DNA of 64,000 bases from the NCBI GenBank assembly GCA_030390025.1, contig CM059432.1:15130001-15194000 (forward strand), in the 5' to 3' direction. Positions within the stretch are counted from its first letter, which is position 1. Each line of letters opens with the position of its first letter. This document shows, piece after piece, positions 51,455-63,025 of this stretch. The notes under the pieces are model-generated. The model worked only from the letters and a program-made list of their open reading frames with translations. It did no database searches and was not told the origin of the DNA. Both the position numbers and the translations under genes were made by a program. Source of the DNA: Squalus acanthias (lineage: Eukaryota).

Positions 51455-52300
51455 AAATTCGATCGCGCCCGAAAATGGGCTTGCAGGGGGCGGGGCGCTG
51501 ATAATGGCTACTGCGCTATTCATTGCTTCCGTGCCTTTTTTGAGCGGGATGGGGAGGCAGGAAGTGGGTCTTCACTGTCGCTACTTAAAGGCAGCCAGCA
51601 CCTCTTAAAGGTGCACTCTGGCTGCAGACATGAAGGAAGGCGTCTGTCGAAACAAATGGCTGCAAGACCTGCAGAGCGGGCCCCCAGGTTCACCGATGCC
51701 ACGCTGGAGGCCCTGGTCCAGGCGGTGGACGGGAGGAGGGAAATCCTGTTCCGTCTGTGGAAGTGTGGAACTCTCTCCCACAAAAAAGCAGTAGATGCTA
51801 GCTTAATTAATCATTTTTGTTAGACAAGGGTATTAAGGGATATGGAGCCAAGGAGGGTAAATGGAGTTAAGATGCAGGTCAGGCATCGAATGATGGAACG
51901 AGCTTGAATGGTCTACTCCTGTTCCTATGTTCCACTTCTACAATCACTGCACTACAATTCACTCCAGCTCCTTCTCCTCAATCACACACTCGGCACCTCC
52001 TTCTCTCACCACTATTGAAGCTCTCACATCCTCGCATCTTACACATCACATACAAACTATTCCACCTTGGCAGGCACATTCTCTAACACGCCACAAGACT
52101 GTTACTAACACACGGCCTTCTTTGTCGCAGGAGAAGGTCGCGCACAACTTGCGCCAGGAGGCGGTGACCGGATGAGGCCGAGCCCGCCTGCAGGTCCCCT
52201 CCCCCCATGGAAGAAAACCCGTTGGGCCATCGCGGGCAGGAGGAGAGTCACGGCTGTGGCGAGTGGCAAAGCTGGAGCAGACGCTGTGAATGGCTTCTTC
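51455..52300 (+). mobile_element. Decayed intron-containing Harbinger Myb/SANT-like gene, interrupted by a CR1 3' fragment (about 51755-51930)
   Basis: MAARPAERAPRFTDATLEALVQAVDGRREILF; then acceptor tttgtcgcAG|EKVAHNLRQEAVTG*G, resembling the EK.AHN.RE...TGGG motif. Confidence 0.7.
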
Positions 52301-52440
52301 ACACCTTATCCTCTTTTTTCCCCTTCTTGCTTCTATCTCACCCTACACGCTCTGCAACTGCTTTCGGCAGCCATTCATCTCCCTCTTCTCTCCCTTCTCT
52401 CCCTTCACACTAAAAGCTATCCCTTGTTCTTCTCTTTCAT

Positions 52441-52739
52441 GATGTGGAGATGCCGGTGTTGGACTGGGGTGGACAAACGTGAGAAGTCGCACAACAACAG
52501 GTTTTAGTCCAACAGTTTTATTTGAAATCACAAGCTTTCGGAGCGGCTGCTCCTTCGTCAGGTGAAGTGAAGAGATGCATATAGGCACAGCATATATAGA
52601 CAGAGAACACAGCCAGATGATTACAGTTAATCTTTCCAACTATCCTTTATCACACCTCGGCAGAGAGATAATCACGGCAATCAAAGGTGTGGATGGTGTC
52701 CAAACAGGTCAGTCAGGAAAACATTACATCAAAGACAAT
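52441..52739 (-). mobile_element. Penelope-like pLTR fragment, second family
   Basis: Minus strand has a hammerhead core followed by aataaaactgttggactaaaacctgttgttgtgcgacttc...ccagtccaacaccggcatctccacatc. Confidence 0.7.
52528..52565 (-). ncRNA. Minimal type I hammerhead ribozyme motif, apparently intact
   Basis: UCAC-CUGACGA-A-GGAGC(AGCC)GCUCC-GAAAGCUU-GUGA: conserved core, stem II, palindromic AAGCUU stem III and stem I UCAC/GUGA. Confidence 0.75.
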
Positions 52740-53479
52740 GGCCCAAAAATTAGTGCCGCTACACGAGAGTACGCACTGCGTACTCTCGCGTATTCTGTCT
52801 CCAATTGCCGGTTTTCTGCATGCACTGCGCATGCGCTGAAAACCGGCACTTGGTGAATGGAAAAGGGGGCGGGTCCTAGGTGAACCGCGTGCGCGCTACA
52901 GGCTGCGTGCATGCAGTGCACTTAGTGGTTTCAACGCGCAGGTAAGTACGGAAGATTCTACACATAAAAAAAGGAGGAGTAAGACCCACTTTTAACAAGG
53001 TAAGTAGTGAATTAAGTATTATTTTGAATTTTTTTTAACAGGTATATCTTTTTTAGAGACTTTAAAGACAGGTAAGTTTATTTTTATAACTTTTTAAAAG
53101 ATTTTAAATTTTTTCAAAAATTTAATTTTTATTTAAAATGGTTAATTTATTTAACTATACTTATTTTATTAATGTGATGGTTTTTTTTTATTTAATTGAG
53201 GTTTAGCGGTTCTTTTGGGGGGCTATAGTATTCATAGCTTTCACAGCACTTATGTGAAAGTTATGAATGGAAGATGGTGTGCTGCCATTGGCTCTAACTG
53301 AGTCACGTGATCCCACAGCTCGCACGAATTCACTACGCCGGTGGGATACGCAAGCCCAGCACAGCAGCTGTCCAGAACATCAAGTTCGTGCGAGCTGGAA
53401 CTGAAAAAGCCAACGCGCAGTGAGAGATCGCGGGGAGGCCTTACCCTCGCACGAAGGCTTCCTCACGAATTTTTGGGCC
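52740..53479. mobile_element. Non-autonomous Harbinger/PIF-type element, 740 bp
   Basis: TIR GGCCCAAAAATT(A/C)GTG; 3-bp TSD AAT at 52737-52739 and 53480-53482; AT-rich centre. Confidence 0.85.
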
Positions 53480-54744
53480 AATGTGGCAGATGCTGGGGTC
53501 TGTATGGAAAACAAAAAACTTTTCTTTGCTGGAATTCACAGCAGGTCCGGCCGCATCTCTTTCATGTCAGGTGCTGAAAATGTGATAGACTTCAGGAAGA
53601 GGAGGCCAGTCTTCCTAAATAGGCAGCATCACTCAAACCAGCCCCATTAAGCACCAGCTCAGGTGACCAGCGCCTCGCGTACTTTAGAGGGTAGGCTGGA
53701 GGAGGGGTCTTTATGTGGGGAATCACCGCCCACAAGTGCGCAGGAGCGAGAGCAGGGGGATAGTACACCACACATGCCAGCTCGCCGGGGGACAAGATCG
53801 TGTACCAGCTCTGCTGCAGAGAACCCAGACACTGACTTCGATGCCCAGGCTACCGAAAGAGGCTGGGAAATCGAGAAATCCTGGTGTGCGCGCACCCTGG
53901 ATGCCTATGGAGAAGCCTGATCCAATATGGTGGGAATGTGTACTTCCGGCGTGGATTGAGCGCACGCAAATCGCTCACCGTATTGGACCTTTAGGCACGG
54001 TCAAAGATTTGGACACAAACCTCACCGGGTTCACCACCTCCATGAACTGGTACCCAAGGCAATTGTGCGGAGCTTTACGAAATATTTTCACGTGTTCGGT
54101 TCTCTCAGGTCACAGATCATTCCTCGGCTTAAGAGGGCAAACAGAAAACCTATTCCTCAACTAAGCTACTCCTAGAAAACCTATTCCGAGACTTCTGCTA
54201 ACTCTGCCTTTTGCCAGGGGTCTGGGAGCAACTTGGAGTAACTCACTCTTAGCCTCCCCTCGATATCTTTTCCCACTGGCGTTGGCACATTTGGAATTTG
54301 TTGCATGGGAAATTGTGGACACAAATCTGTCAGCTCATTCCATGATGCAGTGTAACTGTATCGATACGCTTACTGTTGCACGCCCTCATTTCCCCATTAT
54401 TACAGTTACAATTGCCAGTTTGTTTTTCATTCAAAAGGACTGTAATTTCAGGATAAAGTCACTCATGTTTCGACAACAGCAATAAGAAGTTTAATTTATA
54501 TAGCATCTTTGGCCTGGATATAAACAGGGATGGGTTGCGTAAGCAGGGTGGTGGGGGTGGGGGTGGGGGGGGGGGGGAGAGGGGGAGGGGGGAGGGGGTG
54601 CGGTGGGCGCAGAGATTTGGACGCATGCTGTGGAGTTTTAACTTCACAGCGTGTGTCTTTTCTCCTTGGCAAGTTCCCCGCCGGGAAGTCAGCGTGATTG
54701 ACCCAGGGGAGTGCGATCCCGGGGGAGCGGAGGGGGGGGGGGGC

Positions 54745-54886
54745 GATCCCTGATCCCAGGGTGTTCCGATCGGGGGGGGGGGTCCGATCTCCGACACCTA
54801 GGGGTGTCAGATCCCTGATCCCAGGGTGTTCCGATCGGGGGGGGTCCGATCTCCGACACCTAGGGGTGTCCGATCCCTGATCCTAG
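54745..54886. repeat. GC-rich tandem repeat (about 60-bp unit, 2+ copies) within a probable DNA-transposon remnant
   Basis: gatccctgatcccagggtgttccgatc(g)n tccgatctccgacacctaggggtgtc repeated. Confidence 0.8.
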
Positions 54887-56142
54887 GGCTCTTTGTATGG
54901 CGGGGGTCTGGTTGGAGGGGTGGGGGGAGCTTGTGGAGCCAGGGGAAGCACTCCTGCTCCTCTTGGCCCACAAGCAGTGCTGTAAAGGCACTTACCTTCT
55001 CCCCGAAGCTGTGCTCGCCTCCCTTCAAGGCCAAGCAGGTTAAATTGGAGGCTGCTAGTCTCATTAAAATATTTAAATTGCCAACCCACCTCTGGGAGCG
55101 GGTTGGCTGCCCGCCCCTTGTCCTGCCTCCGTTAAACCTGGAAGTGGGCGGGTTGGGGTCGGGTTTGAGATTTTTAAAGTTTTGACATCTGACCCAACCC
55201 CAACCCAAACCCACCTGTTTTTGGGGGTTAAAAACACCCCTTTTATTTAATCACCTCATTTTATAAAATCTATCAAGATGGACCCCTCACCTGATAGCTT
55301 TAGTTTTACTTCTGTAGTATTCCAGCTGACACTTTCAGCAACTATGGCTATAAAACTATGGCATACATTCAAATTTCCTTATTTGTGAAACAGATTCGTC
55401 TAAGCTTCTTTCTTAACAATGATACTGATCTCTGAGTATGTAGATACCAGCGTTAACATCCTGTGATGCTGTTAATTCTGGCGAACCTGTTCCAATCTGT
55501 GGATGATTCACGCAGTTCTTAGCCCAACACTGGTGGAGGTGCTTTCAGCTGAATAAAGAGCCTGGCTCCCCCATGTCGTTCATTAAGAAAGTTGCTTCTA
55601 GGCAATGCAACTTTGGTGTTGGATCTATGGGCACTCTTCAGCTGGAGATTCGCATCAGCAGATTTAGAGATGAAGGAGAGAGGAAGAGAGGCTCTCAGAA
55701 GGAGAATAAATGAGGGGTTAAAAATACAGTTAAGAAATGAACTTTTGAAGATTGCAGGAGTTAAACAATACATTTATCCATAAGCAAGCAGAAGAGTCAA
55801 AGTCCTACTGCTACACGCCTCATTATCATATCACAGCTAATGGTCTTTTCTGTCTATTAATAATGGACTAAGCCCGATTTAAACCATAAGTGACCTTGCC
55901 AAGTATACATAAACACGTTTGCAACATCAATTTATCAGCATGTGGCAGAGGCCCATATTATAGCTATAAATCCCAATTGAAGTCAATGTACAAGCTTTAA
56001 AACATCTAGCCACTGCTACTTGATTTTTTTCCCTCTTCTCCTGTACCCTTTTCAACCTTGGTGGTGTCCCAGTGATCTTGGCTCTATACCTAGGTTTCTC
56101 AATTTGATTAAAAACTTTAACAGTACAAGATCGAGAACAAAA

Positions 56143-57332
56143 TCATAGAACGATGCAGCACAGAAGGAGGCCATTCGGCCCATCGTGCCTGTGCCGGCTC
56201 TTTGAACGAACTATCCAGTTAGTCCCATTTCCCCAGAGCCCTGCAAATTTTTTCCCTTCAAGTATTTATCCAATTCCCTTTTGAAAGTTACTATTGAACC
56301 TGCTTCCACCGCCCTTTCAAGCAGTGCGTTCCAGATCATCATAACTCGCTGCGTAAAAAAAAAAAAATTCTCCTCGTCTCGCCTCTGGTTCTTTTGCCAA
56401 TTACCTTAAACCTGTGTGCTATGGTTACTGAAACTTCTGCCACTGGAAACAGTTTCTCCTTATTTACTATACCAAAACCCTTCATGATTTTCAGCACCTC
56501 TTAAATCTCCTCTTAACCTTCTCTGCTCTAAGGAGAACAATCCCAGCTTTCTAGTCTCTCCGCGTAACTGAAGTCCTGCATCGCTGGTACCATTCTAGTA
56601 AATCTCCTCTGCACCCTCTCTAGGGCCTTGCCATCCTTCCTAAAGTGTGGTGCCCAGAATTGGCCACAATACAATAGGTGGGGCCTCACCAGTGTTTTAT
56701 AAAGGTTTAGCATAACTTCTGTTTATGAAGCCAAGGAATCCAGATGCTTTTTTAACAGCTTTCTCAACTTGTCCTGCAACCTTCAAAGATTTGTGTACAT
56801 AGACCCCCAGATCTTTCTGTTCCTGCACCCCATTTAAAATTGTACCATTTAGTTTATATTACCTCTCCTCATATCTTCCGACCAAATTAATCACTTCACA
56901 CTTCTCCGCGTTAAGTTCATCTGCCATGTGTCTGGCCCATTTCACCAGTCTGTCTAAGTCCTCCTGAAGTCTGTTACTATCCTCCTCATGGTTTATTACA
57001 TTTCCGAGTTTTGCGTCATCTGTTAGCTTTGAAATTTACACCCTGTATACCCAAGGCCAGGTCATTAATATATATCAAAAAGAGCAGTGGACCCAACACC
57101 GACGCCTGGGAGACACCACTGCACACTTCCCTCCCGTCTGAAAAATAACTTTTCACCACTACTCTCTGCTTTCTGTCCCTTAGCCAATTTCGTATCCACA
57201 CAGCCACTGCCCCTTTAATCCCATGGGCTTCAATTTTGCTAATAAGTCTATTATGTGGTACTTTATCAAACACCTTTTGAAAGTCCATATACACAACATC
57301 AACCGCACTACCTTCATCAACCCTCTCCGTTA
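56143..57332 (-). mobile_element. CR1 LINE RT/3' fragment
   Basis: VDEGSAVDVVYMDFQKVFDKVPH and LYKTLVRPHL...QFWAPHFRKD; CR1 3' UTR. Confidence 0.9.
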
Positions 57333-58421
57333 AACGCATTTCATCAAAGTAGTTTGAAAGGGATATTTACAATTCACAGAAGGGTTGACTTCCAGCAGAG
57401 CTGTTTCAGCTCCATGAAATGGCATTGGCTCATGTGTTAATCAAACAGGTAATCTTGCAGCCCATGTGTTACAATATTAATTCAGCAAGAAATACCAGCT
57501 TCACTTCCCACAATAACAGCAAGGCCTAGAAATCTTTGTCCTAGGGGTCTGGCACAATGTTTCTGTCCTTTCAATGACCTCCTACCTGAAAGGTCTACCC
57601 CAAGCAATCAAGTTTTCTGTGTGTGCATTGGATTACAAACTGCCAAAAGGGGATTTCCACACACCCTCTTGACACACAAGTGAAGATCCCAGCTGCTGTG
57701 GGTGGAAGCTTCTACCGCCCACCCCAGGATTGACCGCGAACTTCGGCTACACTGAAAATTAGGCAGAAATTAGGCAGAACTGATCTCTGCCTAATTTTGC
57801 AGCCTGTTGCGTTCCATCTGGGCCTGTTTTGAGGGGAAGACAAGGCGTGACAGACACCAAGATTGAACCCTCTTGTCTAAATCAGAAGACTGAAGACAAT
57901 CAAGTCATCGAGCCGAGTATTTTCTGATTTGTGCAATGGGGCCAGTAGGCAGACAGCGACCGGCTGCTGAACGAGACAAAGTTTAATCAGTAAGTCCAAG
58001 ATATCTCTTTTAGGAAGCGCTACAGACAAGCAGTTACATCAGCCCAAATTGCTTCACACCGCACGGGAGCCCGGGATCTGTCTGGAAAAGCACGGCAATC
58101 AGCAAGCTGCACACCTGGCTATCGGAAGAAAATAGGCGGGTGGGAGAAGGAGGGAAGTCAGGAGCAGGGTAGACAGACAATGGCAACAGAAATCACTATG
58201 CGTACTCCAAGCTGTGTAACGGTGCGAGCTCTGAAAGTGTGGAATGTTCTGCATGCATACATTAGAGCAGGTTCAGCATCATCAGTAAAAGCATGTTTTG
58301 TCTTATTTCAGTACTCAAGACAGAAAATAACTGGGGGACAGCCAAAGCCTGATTTCACCGCAGGCCAGATCTCTCATCTGTACGTTCTGAAGCTGGACAA
58401 AATAATCTGATTGTTACTTAC

Positions 58422-58500
58422 TGCACGGGTGTCCTTGGATTTTTACTTCATCGATGGCGATGTACCCTGGCTGACCTGAGGTGACCGCTTCAAATATAAC
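58422..58500 (-). CDS. Coding exon (79 nt, phase 0 to 1) of a type IIB receptor tyrosine phosphatase, PTPRM/PTPRT-like; C-terminal end of the MAM domain
   Basis: Minus strand reads tttattgtAG|GTT ATA TTT GAA...CAC CCG TGC A|GTAAGT = VIFEAVTSGQPGYIAIDEVKIQGHPC, matching the R2B MAM end motif VIFE...GY(I/L)A(I/V)DEV...HPC. Canonical splice sites; phase fits the next exon. Confidence 0.95.
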
Positions 58501-58728
58501 CTACAATAAATGAAATACTTTTTCAATAAATCTCGGTACACAGTAGAATCATAAACATTTAAGAGTATTAAAGCTGCAAAGCCAATGAGAATGATCAAAT
58601 CCACACGCTCAGGATCATGAAGTATCTACAATAATGCATTGTGCATCACATCCGTCATACCTTTCTGATTCACTGCTGGGATATTTTGACCAAATCAGTT
58701 ATTTCATATCTGGAGGACTTCCCCACCA

Positions 58729-59072
58729 ATGCTGAGAGGTTGTTTCCCCTGGCTGGAGAGTCTAGAATTAAAGGGCATAGTCTCAGGATAAGGGGTCGGC
58801 CATTTAAGACTGAGATGAGGAGGAATTTCTTCACTCAGAGGGTTGTGAATCTTTGGAATTCTCTACCCCAAAGGGCAGTGGATGCTGAATCGTTGAGTAT
58901 ATTCAAAGCTGAGATAGATAGATTTTTGGACTCGTGGGGAATCAAGGGATATGGAGATCAGGCGGGAAAGTGGAGTTGAGGTTGAAGATCAGCCATGATC
59001 TTATTGAATGGCGGAGCAGGCTCGAGGGGCCGTATGGCCTACTCTTGCTCCTAATTCTTATGTTCTTATGTC
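58729..59072 (+). mobile_element. CR1 family-D 3' fragment
   Basis: [44 protein letters not shown]; (TTCTTATG)n tail. Confidence 0.88.
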
Positions 59073-59683
59073 CTTAATCCCCAGCCACTCCCAACGCCTC
59101 CTGAAAAAAAGTTATAACCCAATAGTTTCCATATCTTTTGGTTCCCTGTGAGCAACACCACAGGAGATGTACTAGTAACTTTAATAAGTATTAGCTGTAG
59201 GATGTACAGTTGCCCAAGTAACCTGATGGATGTGTGCACCCTCTGGGATCCGTGCTGAGTGATGCGTGCTATATTGAAAAAAAGATCATTCATTCAAATT
59301 AGTGAAATGACAGTTACCTGCTCACTGCCCTGAATATGTACAAACCTAAATTATTGAGTCAAAATTGAATACATATACATTCATTCAGTGACACCTTTGC
59401 CAATGGACTCGGCTTTACCCACACTTCATACAGATGCAGTAACAATCATATGATAGATTAAAACAACAAATATACTCACATACTACCGTCTAAATCTCAT
59501 TTCTCACACACAGAATGAATGCCTTCTAAATGCAAAGGGAAGGGAAAGCAGCCAGGATTCCTATGCATGATCACCGACCAGTGACTCCTGTGATATCTCC
59601 ATGGTAAACAGACAGCTGTCTAGGCTCACCCAAGAAGGGCCGCGTGGGCGAGTCACCAGAGGGCACCTGGCACCAGACTCAAT

Positions 59684-59811
59684 GGGGGTAAGTTTTGACT
59701 GTGTCTAAAACAGGGGACTTCAATGGAAATGAAAATCGGGAGAGATGGAAAACGGGCTGCCCGTTCACTATCACCCATTTTACACTGTCGGACAAAGTCA
59801 AAATTACCCCC
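59684..59811. mobile_element. Short Harbinger-type MITE, 128 bp
   Basis: TIR gggggtaagttttgactgtgtc / gacaaagtcaaaattaccccc; TSD AAT on both sides. Confidence 0.85.
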
Positions 59812-59853
59812 AATACCTTCAAAAAGAGGAGGGGAGAAAATTGGCAAAAAAAT

Positions 59854-60008
59854 TGACCTGATGTGACTGCTTCAAATAAATGAAATACTTTTTCAATAAA
59901 TCTCAGTACACAGTAGAATCAGAAACATTCAAGAGTATTATCGCGCATTTATAAAGCTGCAAAGCCAATGAGAATGATCAAATCCACACGTTCAGGATCA
60001 TGAAGTAT
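59854..60008 (-). repeat. Local duplicate of the acceptor region and first part of the 79-nt exon (copy of 58472-58625); splice acceptor deleted
   Basis: Near-identical to 58472-58625 except for a 12-bp deletion (taacctacaata) spanning the AG acceptor, a 13-bp insertion and a few substitutions. Confidence 0.9.
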
Positions 60009-60053
60009 GTGGCCTTACTTGGAAACAGTTACTTCTTGACTTTGTTAGACCAC

Positions 60054-60149
60054 GGGGTCATTTTTACCTTCACCGCCCGAGCCGTAATCTGAGCCCACCC
60101 ATTGTAAAACCCAATCGATTTTCATCCCATTCAAGGTGAAAACTATCCC
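60054..60149. mobile_element. Short related MITE, about 95 bp
   Basis: Imperfect TIR ggggtcatttttacctt / aaggtgaaaactatccc. Confidence 0.55.
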
Positions 60150-60481
60150 ACATGAATCTAAGTGCGTTTTTTAAAGCTATTTATTATTGCAATTGTTCTT
60201 TGATTACAGTACATTGTCATATATTACATTGTTATATTCACATGATGACGATTAAGCTGTGCAGGGTGCCCTGGCTTGCAGATGATGCGGAGTTACTATC
60301 CAGTGGGTTCCGGCTGTGTCAGCATAGCTTTATGAGCTTCTGTATTCGGGTGAAGTGTATCCCTCTTTCCTGGGCCCAAATTGTGTGAGAAGTGCTGCAG
60401 CAGGCATTTGGACAGGAATGGAGTTTTTTTTTCCCTGGTTTACCATTGGCGAGTGTTTGATTGACAATGGGTGAACTGATT

Positions 60482-60845
60482 ACAACAAAAACAACTTGTA
60501 TTTATATAGCGCCTTTAACGTAGTAAAACGTCCCAAGGCGCTGTGCAGGAGCGTTAAAAAAAGAACATTTGAATCCGAGCCACAGAAGGAGATATTGGGG
60601 CCATCAAAGAGGTAGGTTTTAAGGAGCGTCTTAAAAGGAGGAAAGAGAGGCAGAGAGGCTTAGGGAGGGAATTCCAGAGCTTAGGGCCCAGGCAGCTGAA
60701 GGCACAGCCACCAATGGCGGAGCGATTAAAATCGGGGATGCTCAAGAGGCCAGAATTAGGGGAGCGCAGAGATCTCGGAGGGCTGTGGGGCTGGAGGAGA
60801 TTACAGAGATAGGGAGGGGTGAGACCATGGAGGGATTTGAAACCA
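60482..60845 (-). mobile_element. L2 3' fragment
   Basis: FKSLHGLTPPYLCNLLQPHSPPRSLRS...GGCAFSCLGPKLWNSLP; (GTT)n tail. Confidence 0.85.
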
Positions 60846-62572
60846 TGGATTACGGGGCATTGCATTGACGAGGCGAACTGCCAGCACTAATCCTACTGCT
60901 CCTCGGCAGCTCGCCATTTACAAAGGGGTGAAATCCGGAGGGGGGGTGGGGGGGTGGGGGTGTGCAGTCATCATGGGCCTGCAGCAGTTACTTAAAGGGA
61001 CGGTGTGGCAGCATCGGGAGTGAAACGGAGCAGCAGTTTTCAGCAGCAGAGATATTTTTGCAGCAACCACATGGAGATGAAATAATGGAAGCCTTTAAGG
61101 CAGAAAATACATAAGCGGCTGCAGCAAAAAAAAAATAGAATGTCAGGTATGCTTCCAGACTGCAGCTAAGGAGCCCTTTAAATGCCATTGGAAATGGCTG
61201 CCTCTCGACCTGTACTGCCCATGGTTTGTGGGGCGGGTTGGGAAACTGGTGGCAGCAATGTGGGTTGAGACGAAAGTGACGCCAGGGTTTTAACTGTAAA
61301 AATGAGTCATTTATTCATCCGTCCCTTAATCAGTTCAACCACCCACTGTGAATCACACACCAACCTTGGCTAAACCAGGAAAAAAGAAACCCTCCTAAAT
61401 CTCTATTAACTTCCGTTAATGAAGCTCACGCTCGTTTCTGCCGGTAGTTTGGTCGCCTAAATGGAGGTTCCCCCTAAAATCGGAACCAGCTCAGCTCCAG
61501 CTATCAGTCAGTGGGACCTCTTTTACTGTTGCAATCTGCGTCCCGCTAACAGGCATAAATGGGGTGGTAGCGAGATGTAAGCCGGCTCCCATGGTCTTCC
61601 ACAGTAAAAGTAAACGGGTCAAAGCCGGAGAGGCCTCAGAGGATGGGCAGACCATTTAAGAGGTCGGTGTTGCCATAAGCTAGATGGTTAATAAGGAGGG
61701 GGATGAACATTTCGAGCCTTTGATAAGAGCACGTCCATTGAGACTGGTGGAGCTGATAAAGGACTTAGAGCAAAAAAGCCAGAGGCCTCCTTTCTTATCA
61801 CTAGGGCTCAGCAGTAGCTACCTGATATCAAACAGAATTCTGGGCTGGCTATAATATGCCGCATAGCTCCTATTTCTCAGCTTTTATTAGCGTGATGTGG
61901 AGCTACGCGGAACAAAATTCATGTCTTCGGAAGATGGTAGAGCACCTGTTCAAAAGGAAAATTCTACCTTTAGGTGTTGAGTTCAATTAACCTGCAGGTT
62001 GATCTTGCATTGCAATTAACAAGCTGCACTCTATATGAATCTTATTTTAGATTCAAGGAAATTGCCAAGTTGAGGGAGAAGTGAGAGCACTGCTGTTGAA
62101 TTTCTCTCTAATGACTCAACATATAGAAATTGGAGAGACTGTGGCTACCAAGCAATTGAGATTTATCCCAGCATTGCTCGACGGAGAACATATTTGTAAA
62201 TTACAAATGTGCTTCATGTCCTCTTTCCACACAGACTTGTGTCAAGATCCTGACCACTCTGATTGCGGAGCAAGAGTCTTGTTGGACCAGCTGCTATGTT
62301 TAAATCAAGACTCATCATGTTAGCTTCCCATCAACCTCATTCCTTCCAAGGACCTCCCTCCCTTTCCTACTACGATCCACAGGCTTGGCTAATCCTAAGC
62401 GCAGGACCCTAATATACATTTGGTTATTAGGCCCCCCGCCAATTTTGGGCGCACACGATGAAGGACTAAGAAGAGGCCCGACTGAAAATGGCGCTGGGCG
62501 TACTGCCAGTGCAGAATGGGCAGATGAGGCCGGGACCCAATTTTCAGGATCCTAACATTCATATTCTATACA

Positions 62573-63025
62573 CAGGAAACATAGGAACAGGAGTAGGCCA
62601 TTCAGCCCCTCGAGCCTGTTCCGCCATTCCATGAGATCAAGGCTGATCTGTGACCTAACTCCATATACCTGCCTTTGCCCCATATCCCTTAATATACCTT
62701 TGGTTAACAAATATCTATCAATCTCAGATTTAAAATTAACAACTGACCTAGCATCAATTGCCGTTCGTGGAAGAGAGTTCCAAATTTCTACCACCCTTTG
62801 CATGTAAAAGTGTTTTCTAATTTCACTGCTGAAAGGTCTGGCTCGAATTTTTAGACTATGCCCCCTAGTCCTAGACTCCCCAACCAGCAGAAATAGTTTC
62901 TCTCTATCTACCCTATCAGTTCCCCTTAATATCTTGAAAACTTTGATCAAATCACCCCTTAACCTTCTAAATTCCAGGGAATACAACCCTAGTTTGTATA
63001 ATCTCTCCTCGTAATTTAACCCTTT
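62573..63025 (-). mobile_element. CR1 3' fragment
   Basis: [32 protein letters not shown]...QRVVEIWNSLP. Confidence 0.9.

Noticed and set aside
53655..54170. Possible retroviral or Gypsy integrase remnant (QIAHRIGPL, FHVFG)
   Set aside because: Only faint motif resemblance in different frames; cannot be supported without an HMM search.
61380..62000. Possible upstream MAM exon or LTR/DIRS coding remnant
   Set aside because: The TATCAG|GTAG look-alike near 61820 has an in-frame stop just upstream and no MAM motif; no convincing RT motifs seen.
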